From the NCBI GenBank assembly GCA_964016885.1, contig OZ024755.1:24428001-24492000 (forward strand): a stretch of DNA of 64,000 nucleotides, read 5' to 3'. Position 1 is the first letter of the stretch, and each line of letters begins with the position of its first letter. The position numbers and the translations under genes were made by a program. This document shows, one piece after another, positions 27,598 through 42,321 of this stretch. The stretch comes from Eledone cirrhosa (Eukaryota). The notes below the pieces were generated by a model. It saw only the letters and a list, made by a program, of their open reading frames with translations, made no database searches and had not been told where the DNA came from.

Positions 27598-28211
27598 AAA
27601 ACATTTTTATTTTTATCATTATTTTATCTTATTTCATTTTTGTTACGTGACCTCTCATATTCCGATGTAGCAGGAAATAAAAAAAAACTATCTCTACAGA
27701 CAGTCACACACTCACACACACGCATACACACATACACAAAGACATAAATAATCTTTCTATACACTTAAATGAGTTTTATTTTGGAGGGGTGGGGTGTATT
27801 ATTGTCACAAACAATTCTATAGACAGACATAACACAATAGAATAGACGTGAATTCCTTTGGAAATTGTCACTAGTCACCTTCACTGAACCATAACACTCC
27901 CAATTTTTGGCGCAAAATCTACAAGTAAAAATCTATTCCAAATCACGTGTACATCAATGTTTGGCGCAAAATGCTACACAACTATACCTAATCACGTGAT
28001 ATTCGACAACAAAACCAATCGTATTGACCCACTTCTTTTGCAAAAGATGGAAAGAAATTTCTCAAAATATCAGTGATAGATACATCATCACATTGCAACA
28101 CATTTCTCCATCTCACCTCAATTTTGAAAATCATTCAAACGTGAAACCGGTAAAATTATTATTGACAAATCTTCTTAAAGGCTCAAGCTGCATTTTCAAC
28201 TTCTTTTTCGT

Positions 28212-28336
<125 letters not shown>

Positions 28337-28560
28337 GTATATGTGTGTATGTGTGTGCATGTGTGTGTATGCGTGCGTGTGTGTGTGCGTGTGTGTACGT
28401 GAGTAGAATCGAATTGTTAGGGGGTCGAATTGAATGCCCTGTTGTGTTCGTTCCGGGTTTCTGCATTCTGAGTTCAAATGCCAGTAATGACTTGAATTCT
28501 TCACCCTCCCTTTCTTCTTCTTCTTCTTCTTCTTCTTCTTCTTCTTCTTCTTCTTCTTCT

Positions 28561-28728
<168 letters not shown>

Positions 28729-28946
28729 TTAGTGAAGTATATATATATATATATATATATATACTTCACTAACTCTCTGTCTCACGAGCCTGTGTTTCCA
28801 TATGAATACATATATATATGATGTATATTTCTATCAATATACACATACACATATTTACTACATACATAGTCAATAAACAATATACATAATTATGTATACA
28901 TATTAAAAAAATAACTGCACACACGCACAAACACGTTCACACAATA

Positions 28947-28999
<53 letters not shown>

Positions 29000-29155
29000 C
29001 TACCGATCGATATAATGATTTTATATCAGTTTTATATATAAACATAAACACGAAAAATTACATATACCCAGAACCTACATACACATGTATGTATGTATGT
29101 ATGTATGTATGTATGTATGTATGTATGTATGTATGTATGTATGTATGTATGTATG

Positions 29156-29246
<91 letters not shown>

Positions 29247-29424
29247 CTATCTATCTATATATATCATATAAACATAATTATGTACACATTATCAGAAACA
29301 CATGCATATATATACACTCAAAATTACATATGCATGCTTATTTATAAAAACAAAATACTGAAACAGTAAGCGTATATATCTATATATCTATACGCACATA
29401 CGCACATTTTTATGTATGCTTATG

Positions 29425-29643
<219 letters not shown>

Positions 29644-30014
29644 ACATGTATATGTATGTATGTATATTTATATATATATATATGTATGTTTCTCTATGTA
29701 TGTATGTAAAAACAGATCCTGACACTAACATGCCTAACTAATCGGATATTATGGTGAAAATAAACAAAAAAGAAACGAATTATAACCTTTAACCCTTTAA
29801 AAAATAAACATCACCATCACCTACTCTTGACCCTGTTCAATTCACCAACACTCTCTTGAAACCCCTCTCCTTTTGTAGGCCCTCACCACCCCTTTTGTAG
29901 TCACCCACCCGCCACTCTACAGCTAACCACAACAGCCCATTTTTGAAGCCCACGCACAAACCCCTCCTACACCTACTAAAACAGCCCTTCTAAGCGGAGG
30001 GCTCCCCCACCGCC

Positions 30015-30340
30015 TCGCCAGAGCATCGATAACAACCACTCCGAGGACTTCCCTCCCTCACCACCACCAGACCATCGACAACCACCCTTCCAAGGACGTT
30101 CCCCCAACCAGGCATCGACAATCACCCCTCCGAGGACTTTTCCCCCACCAGGCAATCGACAACCATCCTTCTGAGACGTCCCCCTACCAGGCAATCGACA
30201 ACCACCCCCACCAGGCCCACTACATAGCCACCCTTCTTCCCTAGCTCCTTACACCCATCACCTCCCAGGCCCACTAAAACCTCCACCACCCTTCCAGGCC
30301 CACTAACATCTCCACCACACTCCCAGGACACCCCCCTATC
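30015..30340. repeat. C-rich degenerate minisatellite, ~41-bp then ~30-bp units
   Basis: Repeats of CCAGGCAATCGACAACCACCC..GAGGAC, then CCAGGCCCACTA. Confidence 0.7.
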
Positions 30341-30436
30341 CCCAAAAGATCGAACACACAAATAATTGCCTAACTCGTTAAAATAATTCCATTTTATTAC
30401 AAGATCAATACACATAAACTGTTTTGTATATTGTGG

Positions 30437-30476
<40 letters not shown>

Positions 30477-31477
30477 GAGGGTGGGGGGTATGGGTGTGTA
30501 TGTATGTTTATGTATGAATATATGTATATGTGTATGTATGTACGTATGTATATGTGCCTGCGTTTTCTTTATTCCAGTGCTTTTCATGTACGTATATATA
30601 TTTATACATATATATACAGATATATAAATATATGCATATAATATGCATGCGTATATGTTCCCGTCGATTTTCCTAGTTCCAATAAATGATTTTTTTAAAT
30701 TTTTATTTATAAAAATATTGTGCTGAATATGTGTATGCGTGTGTGTATGTGTGTGTGTGTCTGTGTTTGTGTGTATACACATGGGTGAATGTATGTATAT
30801 ATATGGTGTATTGTCTTGTCTCATGTATTATACGTTATTTATTACTGTTGTTATACGATACTCTAAATTGTAAAAAAATAATGTTATTGTTTCATATTTT
30901 AAATAATACGTCTTTTGTTTTATGTTCAATAAGTTGAAGTTTTTGCTAGCATGTTCTAATTAATTAATTCATTCGATTAATTACAAACTCTACAAGCAGC
31001 TACACATAGCACAGCAGAGCAATAATAATATAAACAGTTCGTGCAAACGATCTCTGTTAGCAGACGATCTCTGTTGCTGTTCTTTTCTGTTTCGTTATTT
31101 GTTCTGCTTTTTTCCACCCTCACCTTTTTTGTTGTTACTATTGTTAGTTAAACTATAGAAATTCTAAAACAAAAAAGAAATCAATTATTAAAGAAACCCA
31201 AAAAGAATCGATTTGTTTTATTTGTTTTTAGAAATATCTATTTATTATTATTCAGTGTATGTGGCGTGTGGTTTTAAGTACTGCGATTAGCTGATTCGAT
31301 AGCGTCTCGAAAGAAATGACCGTTTGGGGATCGACCAACGTTCTTATCCCTGTTACTAATTGTTTGTATATAATGTTAAGAATTTCGCTTCGCAATTATA
31401 AAGACCAGGGTTCGATTATAGGTATAATTTAATTAATGGTATAATTCATTTACAGGTATAATCCAATCGATCTGACT

Positions 31478-31958
31478 GCTTCCACATAGTTTCCACACAG
31501 CTTCCACACAACTTCCACGCAGCTCACACACTGTTTCCACCGTTTCCACACAGCTCACATACAGTTTCTCCACAGTTTCCACACAGTTTTCACACAGTTT
31601 CCATACAGTTTCCACACAGCCTTCTCATAGTTTCCACACAGCTTCCACACACTTTCCACAGACCTTTCACACGATTTCCACACAACTTTCATACAGTTTC
31701 CATACAGCTTCCACAAGCTTCCATATATTTTCCACACAGATTCCACTCAGTTTCCTCACAAATTCCACACACTTTCCACATATTTTCCACACAGTTTTCA
31801 CACAGCTTCCACAAAGTTTCCATCTAATTTCACCGACAAGGCTTCGGTCGACTAGCGGCTATAATAAAAACATTTCCTATGATGTTATGCAGTAGGACTG
31901 TGTCCGGGATATTATGATTGAGAAGCGATCTTCTTAACCACTCAGCCATGCTTTCACC
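31478..31958 (-). mobile_element. Decayed tRNA-derived SINE whose 3' motif expanded into an 11-bp array (31478-31822)
   Basis: Head TGGCTGAGTGGTTAAGAAG (minus strand, ~31930-31950), then CGACCGAAGCCTTGTCGGTGAAATT, then about 30 copies of (TTCCACACAG[CT]) as read on the plus strand. Confidence 0.8.
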
Positions 31959-32457
31959 AATATATTTAGGTGTCCATGCAGCAGACCTCTCAACTCACCC
32001 TGTCGGACGCTGAGTTCTCCCACCCACTTTCGGGTGGGTGAGAGATGTCTTCTTTTGTAAAAATGGGTATATCTTTCATTAAGTAAAATCTCCCCATTTT
32101 GCCTCATTCCTCCTCGTTTTGGGCACATTTTTTCATGGTACCCAACGTTTCGGTTCGTAGAGATTGGCAGGTCTGATGCAGTCTCCAGCAAACACAGGCA
32201 CCCACTCAACTCAACCTCCCTTCCATAGATTCAGCGGAACATTTAGGATGTGGCAGTTGGAAGGGGAGAGGGCTATACCAGCTCTGGGTTTGTTCTTTTT
32301 TTTTATCGACCCCAAAAGAGCGAGAGGCGAAGTATACCTTGGTTGAATTTGAACTCAACAAACAAAAAGTCGGAAAAAATATTCGATGTCATAAGGACTC
32401 TATCAAATCGACAACTATAGCAAAAGGAACAGAAGCACTTGTAGAAAAGACTAACGA

Positions 32458-32556
<99 letters not shown>

Positions 32557-32621
32557 TAAAGAAACAGGTACATAAACAAAGACATACACATACGCCTGCA
32601 TACATGCACACATACACTCAT

Positions 32622-32654
<33 letters not shown>

Positions 32655-32896
32655 CACAAACACACATACTAAGAAATAGGCACATATACAAAGACACATA
32701 CACATACGCATACACACACACATACAAACATGTACTTATACGAAGACACATGCGCACGCATACATGCAGACATACACACATTCAAAGAAACAGGTACATA
32801 TACTAAGACATTCACATACACAAACGCACGCATACATGCAGATATTCACACATACTCATACATACATGCACGCATGCACACACACACACACACACG

Positions 32897-33010
<114 letters not shown>

Positions 33011-33067
33011 TACAAAGATAAAGAAAAAGACAGTCATATAAAGATTCACACGCACGCGCGCACCAAT

Positions 33068-33129
<62 letters not shown>

Positions 33130-33409
33130 CTGTACAGTAACAAAAACAAACCAATAGAATCCGTAATTACGAGGCAGAACCAAAATGAAAGACAAGCAAC
33201 AATGGAATCTTACAACAACAACAACAACAACAACAACAACATCAACAGCAAGAACAACGAGAACAACAAAAGTAACAACTTGAAAAACAACCTTCATACA
33301 ACTATGGTACAAATTATACACACGACTCCTACTTCGTCTACAAAAATGTATTATATATTATTTCTTAAAAAGACACAACCACCATCAACACCACCACCAC
33401 CACCACCAA

Positions 33410-34215
33410 CAACAACTACAACAACGAATCCATTTTTAAACCACCACCACCAACAACAACGACGAACCCATCTTTAAACCACCACCACCAACAACAACGA
33501 CAACGAACCCATCTTTAAACCACCACCACCAACAACAACGACAACAAAACCATCTCTAAGTCACCACCAACAACAACAACTACAACAACGAATCCATTTT
33601 TAAACCACCACCACCAACAACAACGACGAACCCATCTTTAAACCACCACCACCAACAACTACAACAACGAATCCATTTTTAAACCACCACCACCAACAAC
33701 AACGACGAACCCATCTTTAAACCACCACCATCAACAACAACGACGAACCCATCTTTAAACCACCACCAACAACAACAACAACAACGAACCCATCTTTAAA
33801 CCACCACCACCACCAACAACAACGACAACGAACCCATCTTTAAACCACCACCACCAACAACAACGACAACAAAACCATCTCTAAGTCACCACCAACAACA
33901 ACAACGACAACGAACCCATCTTTAAACCACCACCACCAACAACAACGACAACAAAACCATCTCTAAGTCACCACCAACAACAACAACGACAACGAACCCA
34001 TCTTTAAACCACCACCACCAACAACAACGACAACAAAACCATCTCTAAGTCACCACCAACAACAACAACGACAACAAAACCATCTTTAAGTCACCACCAA
34101 CAACAACAATAACAACGACAACAAAACCATCTTTAAACCTACAACAACAACAACGACAACGAAACCATCTTTAAACCCACAACAACAACAAAAACGAAAC
34201 CATCTTCAGACCCAC
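33410..34215. repeat. Composite 33-40-bp minisatellite (AACCCATCTTTAA + CCA/CAA triplets)
   Basis: More than 20 units with alternating higher-order variants. Confidence 0.9.
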
Positions 34216-34410
34216 AAAAACAATAAAAGTTACAAAAAAATGACGTCTTGAAAGGCACAACAACATTAACAACAAAGAACTTGGCAACGGTACACAAGAT
34301 ATCTAATCTTTGATCTTCCATCTCCGCCAATTCACATTGCCACATACATACATACATACATGCATGTATATGTACATACACACATACACACGTGTGTGTA
34401 TGTGTGTATT

Positions 34411-34479
<69 letters not shown>

Positions 34480-34778
34480 GTCTGTGTATATATATATATA
34501 GGTAAAAATATATTTATATGTACACACATACGAATAAGTGTGTGTATGTGTGTATTTGCATATATATATATATACACGTGCGTGTGAGTGTGTGTGTATG
34601 TATGTATACATGTATATAAGACTGGTGTGTTTTTTCTGTCAATTTGATTAAGCCGAAAATATTTCATCCACTGTTCTTCTATTCTCCCGCTTAACCTCTA
34701 ACTCTTGTGCACACATCAAACACACACACACAAGCACACACACATAATACATCACACGTACATCATACACACACACAC

Positions 34779-34887
34779 GTCAAATCGGACCGAGGAAACA
34801 ATGTTTCCGTTGGTCTTTCCAATTGCTAATACTATCTATCGGTCGCAACTCCAAGTAGAAGAAGCAATGTGAAATAATGTGTCTTGC
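34779..34887 (-). mobile_element. Family T SINE, headless fragment
   Basis: Matches 5423-5531. Confidence 0.85.
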
Positions 34888-34962
34888 AAGCCCATCAAAT
34901 ACGTGTTTCCTTCTGGTTGTTATGATGACAGTTCAATTAGGTCCGAAAATCGATTAAAGGTA

Positions 34963-35138
34963 CGAGGGCAATCCCAAAAGTAAGGTCTCCTTCCGATATT
35001 GCAACTTTTCCGTTAAAATCCTGTGGATGGTGCTTCGGGAAACCTCAGGAACCAAAATTCAGAGAGCATCCAGAGTGATCCGCCGATCTTTACGCACGTT
35101 TTCCTCGGAAGGAGACCTTACTTTTGGGATTGCCCTCA
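34963..35138. mobile_element. Mariner-type MITE, ~176 bp
   Basis: TIR CGAGGGCAATCCCAAAAGTAAGGTCTCCTTCCGA and its near-perfect reverse complement, with TA on both sides. Confidence 0.9.
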
Positions 35139-35140
35139 TA

Positions 35141-35354
35141 TAATAACTGCGCGAAATTCGCACTTGGCGGTAGCGTTCAACGGGAGCTCCATGCTCAACG
35201 TCTGCCAAACCAAGATTGAGCATCCCAGCGAAGCGCGCGCATGCTTGTTTGGGAGTGAAGGAAGCACCAATCACAACAGTGTTGCCAACAGCCGTACGAA
35301 CAGTTTCTCTGCGTCCCCATCGCTTTGGATACCTTACTTTTGGGATTAACCTCG
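35141..35354 (-). mobile_element. 5' end of a mariner element (TIR, leader, transposase start)
   Basis: TA-CGAGGTTAATCCCAAAAGTAAGGT TIR, then MELPLNATAKCEFRAVI, a typical mariner N-terminus, truncated at the MITE. Confidence 0.8.
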
Positions 35355-35486
35355 TATTTATAATTTTTTTTAAATTTACAGGAAAATTTGAAGATTGATA
35401 GACACAGATAGACAGAATGATAGACAATCATACTGATAGGCAGACATAGACAAATAGGTATACAGACTGACAGAGAGATAGATATG

Positions 35487-36708
35487 TTTCTTTATTAGTC
35501 ACAGGGGCACAAAAGAAGGGGACAAATACAAAGGGGGAAGTTTACATACAATAAAAACGTGTAAAATATTATCACAAATGCAATTTAAAAATTAGTAAAT
35601 TTTCCCCAATAGGGGGAGACATTTCATATGGATAATTCATACCCCCGAAAAAAAATGTGCAACCCTCATCTCCAGGAGTACGAAGAGTTTGTACTCCCTT
35701 CCTCTCCTCCTCTTTTTCCTCAACCTACAGGCTGATATAGAGAGAAGGCCCATTCACTCGGGCCATTCTCGCCACTTTCACCCACCTTTCATAAAACTTG
35801 CTGGGGTACAGCACCTCTCTCTCCATCCTGATTCTTCTTCCAAAGTGGTATTTGAAAAAAAGAATCAGTTGTTGGCCGGAGAGAAAGGTGTCTGACCTCA
35901 GCCCTTTCAACCTTGTCCACCATACAACCTCTTTCGCCATAGCTATCACACAAAGGAAAACCGCCTCTCCTTCGTTTTTGAAGGAGGGTGGCGGTTCGAT
36001 CATGACAATGCACTCGGTGGTCAACCGGATCGGTCCCACCCGCGACAATAGTCGTTCTACATAGCCCCACAGGTCGGTGACGCCCGGGCAGTGTATGAAT
36101 GCGAGCGCGACGGTTTCTTCGCCTCGCACGCACCTCGAACAGATCTTTTTTGCAGGGTCCCTGGTAGAGCTCCTCGGTAGCACTGCTAGGCCAGAGACTT
36201 TTGGAAGTTGTCCATCGTTCCCGGGCGGAAGGTCCTACCGAACAGACTGGCCAGTTCGTCCTCCTCTTCACCGAGCACGTCGTCGCACTTGCTGCGGATC
36301 AACCCTCTATAGAATGACGAAGTGGAGTCTCCACTGATCGCCGGGTCCGCCTGCCAGAGGGCTGTGAGCGCCTGAGCACATTCGATGTGCCAGTCGCCCA
36401 TTTTCCTCGGTCTTTGCTTGACCCAGGACTGCAGCTCGGTCAGCGAGACGAGTCGTGGGAAGGCTCGCCTCACGAACGGGGCCCACACCGGTTGTCCGGT
36501 GAGGAATACGTAGAGATGCCGCAGCCTGTGTGCGTGTTTGCGCATCCCCAGCCTTCCGTTGGAAGGGCGTTGGCAGCAGATGGATCTTCTCATCAAAGGA
36601 ACCCGCTTCTTCCAAAGGAATTGGAAGAGCGCGCGCTCCATTTTGGCGAGCGTTTTGACTGGACAAGGCACGACGGTCAAGCGGTAGTAGATGGCGGACG
36701 CTATAAAA
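35487..36708 (-). mobile_element. 5'-truncated Tx1/L1-like LINE (ORF2 C-terminus and 3' UTR), disrupted
   Basis: IYYRLTVVPCP...ERALFQFLWKKRVPLMRRSICCQRPSNGRLGM, DNFQKSLA*QCYRGAL, zinc knuckle CSRCVRGEETVALAFIHC. Contains a stop and a frameshift. Confidence 0.9.
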
Positions 36709-36775
36709 GTGTTTCATTCTTTAGAAATCATATGATTTCTAAAGAATGAAACAGTTCTAGTCCTGTAGAATCTCA

Positions 36776-36863
<88 letters not shown>

Positions 36864-37050
36864 TAAATAATGTTTATAGGGAACCCTGTGTTCATCTAAT
36901 AAATATTCCATTTATCTTCATATTCAATTTCATTTGCGCAGCCTCCCTACTTACATATATACACGCGCATGCGCACATACAGGAATACACAGACCCCCTC
37001 CCCATCATACAGACATATAGCAATACATATAGAAACACCTAGGGGCACAG

Positions 37051-37081
<31 letters not shown>

Positions 37082-37087
37082 CACAAA

Positions 37088-37126
<39 letters not shown>

Positions 37127-37156
37127 TCACACAGACACACCCACGCACGCGCGCAG

Positions 37157-37189
<33 letters not shown>

Positions 37190-37289
37190 CACACACATAC
37201 ATACATATCTCGAAAGTGATATTTATCCTAAGGGAATGTTGTAATGGCGGTAATATATTTATGCAATTTTATATAATTGTCTAGGATAA

Positions 37290-37521
37290 GAATAATAATG
37301 ATGATGATGGGGATGATGATGACAACAACAACAACAACAACAACAACAACAGCAACAACAACAACAATACAACAACAACAACAATAATAATAATACTAAT
37401 GATAATAACAACAACAACAACAACAATAATGATGATGATGATGATAATTTATATTATTAATTTTGTTGTTGCTGTTGTGCTTTGCTTTTATCATCATCAT
37501 CGTCATCATCAACGCCATCAA

Positions 37522-37583
<62 letters not shown>

Positions 37584-37710
37584 TCAACGTCATCAACATC
37601 ATCATCAATATCATCATCATCATCATCATCATCAACATCATCATCATCATCAATATCATCATCATCATCATCATCATCATCGTCATCATCAACACCATCA
37701 ACATCATCAA

Positions 37711-37741
<31 letters not shown>

Positions 37742-38156
37742 GTCGCCATCGTCGTCGTCGTCATCATCATCATCATCATCACTGTCCTGCTCTTCCTTCT
37801 CTACCTCCTCCTCCTCCTCCTCCTCCTCCTCCTCCTCATCATCATCATCATCATCATCATCATGGTCGTCATCATCATGACCATCGTCATCATGACCATC
37901 ATCATCATCATAATCATCATCGTTGTCATCATCACCATCATCATCATCATCATCATCGTCGTCGTCATCATTGTCATCATCACCACCATCATCATCGTTC
38001 ATCATCATCACCACCACCACCACCACCATCAACATCAGCAACATCATCATCATCATCACCATCATCACCACCACCACCATCACCATCATCATCATATAAT
38101 ATTAATATTATAATTTTTTCTCTCCGAATTTTATGACGAAATTTCTCATGTAAGAT

Positions 38157-38191
<35 letters not shown>

Positions 38192-39216
38192 GGAAATCAC
38201 AGTAAAACAATCACAACAATGACGATGTCAAAAGATAAATCACAACCACAAGAACAACAACCACAAGAACAACAACAACAACAGCAGTAATCAGCAGGAC
38301 ATCAACAATAACAACTATAATGTGACCTTAAGACAACAATAACATCAATGTGACACTAAGAAACCAATAACAACAGTGAGAATAACAACAACAGTATCAA
38401 CAACAATAAAAACAGTAAGAATAACAACAACAACAATAACAACAGTGAGAATAACAACAGTAACAACAACAATAACAACAGTAAGAATAACAACAACAGT
38501 ATCAACAACAATAACAACAGTAAGAATAACAACAACAGTATCAACAACAATAACAACAGTAAGAATAACAACAACAGTATCAACAACAATAACAACAACA
38601 ATAACAACAGTAAGAATAACAACAACAGTAACAACAACAATAACAACAGTAAGAATAACAACAACAGTATCAACAACAATAACAACAGTAAGAATAACAA
38701 CAACAGTAACAACAACAATAACAACAGTAAGAATAACAACAACAGTAACAACAACAATAACAACAACAGTAACAACAACAGTAACAACAACAATAACAAC
38801 AGTAAGAATAGCAACAACAGTAACAACAACAATAACAACAGTAAGAATAACAACAACAGTATCAACAGTAATAACAACAGTAAGAAGAATAACAGCAAAA
38901 CTAACATCATCAGCAATAACAATAACAGTAACAAGAACAACAGCAGTAGCATCAGCAACAACAACAACAGCAGTAAAAACAACATCAACTACAACAACAG
39001 TAACAGAAATAATAATAACAACAGCAGCAACAACAATAACAACAACAACAGCAGCAACAACAACAGTAACAACAACAACGACAGTAACAACGACAACAAC
39101 AGCAGCAGCAACAATAACAACAACAGCAACAACAACAACAGCAGCAGTAACAAAACAGAAAAACAAAAAGAATCTTGAGACCACACAACGACAACATTAG
39201 AAACAACAACAACAGC

Positions 39217-39253
<37 letters not shown>

Positions 39254-40485
39254 GCAACAACAACAAAGAAGAAAGTGGAGATGAAACAACAAAGGCAATA
39301 ACAAAGTCAATAACAACAATAATAAATAAGAGGAACAAATACTTTTATATATAATTGGTTTAAGTCCTACATCACCAACACCACCACTACTACCACCAAC
39401 GCCGCCATTACCACTTTCTCCACCGCTGCCATTACCACTACCACCACCACCGCCATTACCACTACCACCAACGCCGCCATTACTACTACGACCACCGCCG
39501 CCATTACCACTACCACCAACACCGCCATTACCACTTTCTCCACCGCCATTACCACTACCACCACCGCCGCCATTACCACATACTACACCTCCACCGCCAT
39601 TACCACTACCTCCACCGCCATTACCACTACCACCACCGCCGCCATTACCACATACTACACCTCCACCGCCATTACCACTACAACAACCACCGCCACTACC
39701 ACTACTACACCTCCACCGCCATTACCACTACGACAACCACCGCCACTACCACTACTACACCTCCACCGCCATTACCACTACGACAACCACCGCCACTACC
39801 ACTACTACACCTCCACCGCCATTACCACTACCATCACTACCACCACAACCAGCTCCACTTTCACCTCCACCAGCACCACCACTACCACTACCAGCACCAC
39901 CACTAATGCCGCCATTACCACTACTACACCTCCACCGCCATTACCACTACTACACTTCCACCGCCATCACCACTACCACTACCACCACCACCACTGCCGC
40001 CATTACCACTACCACCACCACCACCACCACTGCCGCCATTACCACTACCACCACCACCACCACTACCGCCTCCACTGCCATTACCACCACCACTACAGCC
40101 TCCACTGCCACCACTACTACCACCACCTCCACTACCACCACCACCGCCTCCACCACCACCATCACCACCACCACTACGCCTCCACTGCCATCACCACCAC
40201 CACTACAGCCTCCACTGCCACCACCACCACCACCAACACCACCACCACTACCGCCTCCACTGCCATCACCACCACAACTGCAGCCTCTACTGCCACCAAA
40301 ACCACCACCAGCACTACTACTACCGCCTCTACTACAACCACCACCATCACTACCACCACCACCACAACCACCACCACAACCACCACCACCACCACCACCA
40401 CCACTACCACCACCATAACTACAGCTAACACCACCACCGCCACCACCTGTACCACCACACCACCACCACCACTAACGCCTCCGCC
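37290..40485. repeat. 3.2-kb block of (CAA)n, (CAT)n, (CCT)n, a 39-bp AAC-based minisatellite (38365-38880) and (CCA)n tracts
   Basis: Directly visible low-complexity arrays. Confidence 0.95.
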
Positions 40486-40566
40486 CCCGAGTATGACAAT
40501 ATATATATATATATATAAATTAATTGTATTGATTATTTTTATCGATTGATTGATAGATTAAGATTG

Positions 40567-40666
40567 GCCCTCTGATGAAGGTTCTTATTATGGCGTGTTA
40601 ATTATATCCATTTCGTTGTGGTAATTATCACGTTTCTTCCGAACCAGAAAAAGCATCTGTCTAGGC
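40567..40666 (+). ncRNA. Decayed hammerhead with long helix II
   Basis: CUGAUGA-AGGUUC...GAACCA-GAAA-AAGCAUCUG-UC. GUC triplet is present; stems I and III are mismatched. Confidence 0.45.
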
Positions 40667-40699
40667 ATGTAGTAGAACTGCATATTATTAATATAAATT

Positions 40700-41222
40700 T
40701 GGCAGTATAGGTAGAGGGTCGGACGCCATGCTTTGACGCATAGAGTTACACTCCTTGCCATTCTGATTTCAAATCGCGCCGAGGTTAACTTTGCTTTTCA
40801 TCCTTACGGGGTCGATAAAATAAAGTACCAGTAATGTACTGGGTAAGTGCTGGCCTTGTGCTAAAAGTAGAAACAATTATTAATATAAAGTAATATTTCA
40901 TATGTTTTCTGTACAAGATATCTAAATTGTTGTAACAATAACTGTTTCTACTTTAGGCACAAGGCCAGCAATCACCCAGTGCATTACTGGTACTTTATTT
41001 TATCGACCCCGTAAGGATGAAAGGCAAAGTCAACCTCGGCGAGATTTGAACTCAGATCGTAAAGGGACGTAACTATGCTGGAAAGCATGGCGTCTGACAC
41101 TCTAACGATACTGCCAATAACAATAACTGTTTCTACTTTTGGCACAAGGCCAGCAATATCAATACATTACTGGCACTTTATTCTATCGACCTCGGAAGGA
41201 TGAAAGGCAAAGTTAACTGCCA
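40700..41222. mobile_element. Family N SINEs: + copy 40700-40881, - copy 40936-41117, partial - copy 41122-41222
   Basis: Family motifs on both strands, tail-to-tail. Confidence 0.9.
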
Positions 41223-41485
41223 ATAACAATAACGATATCTTGTGAGTTGCCTCTATTTCGGAAATGTCAGCGCTTTTACTTTTACATTGACGGGTTATTG
41301 CTCAGCGAGTCAATGTATATATATCTTTATATACCGATACCTTAAATGTATATGCACCACCAGCATGATTCAGCATCAAAAAGGGATAAGTTGCATAACA
41401 TTGAGTGCTTTCCTCATATTACATCATGATTAACATTGTAGAATGACCAATTCTACCCAGTGGTGAACCACCAAATTTTAACGTG

Positions 41486-41702
<217 letters not shown>

Positions 41703-41703
41703 G

Positions 41704-41843
<140 letters not shown>

Positions 41844-41846
41844 ACG

Positions 41847-41910
<64 letters not shown>

Positions 41911-41913
41911 ACG

Positions 41914-41966
<53 letters not shown>

Positions 41967-42131
41967 ATATATATATGTATGTATATATATATATGTATGT
42001 AAGTATTATATATTTATATATATATATATATATATAATCAAAAATCATGTGGGAGAAGTATAGAAAACAGGAAACATGGAAGAGACAAGCACATAGACAA
42101 TTCTTGCTCATCGGCAGTCTTTCTGGGGATC

Positions 42132-42321
42132 ATCGGTAGAGGGTCGGAAGCCATGCTTTTCAGCATAGAGTTACGGCCCTTTATCATCTGAGTTCAAATC
42201 CGCCGAGGTTAACTTTGCCTTTCTTCCTTAAGGGGTCATGCACTGGGATTAATTTAATCGACTTTCCCCTCCCCCCCAAAAAAAAATGCTGGCCTTGTGC
42301 CTATATAAGAAACCATTATTG
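42132..42321 (+). mobile_element. Family N SINE with small internal deletion
   Basis: GGTAGAGGGTCGGA...GAGTTCAAATCCGCCGAGGTTAACTTTGCC...GCTGGCCTTGTGCC. Confidence 0.85.

Noticed and set aside
38345-39200. Mucin-like Thr-rich ORF
   Set aside because: Several frames on both strands are open because of AAC-based repeats. No signal peptide or non-repetitive domain.
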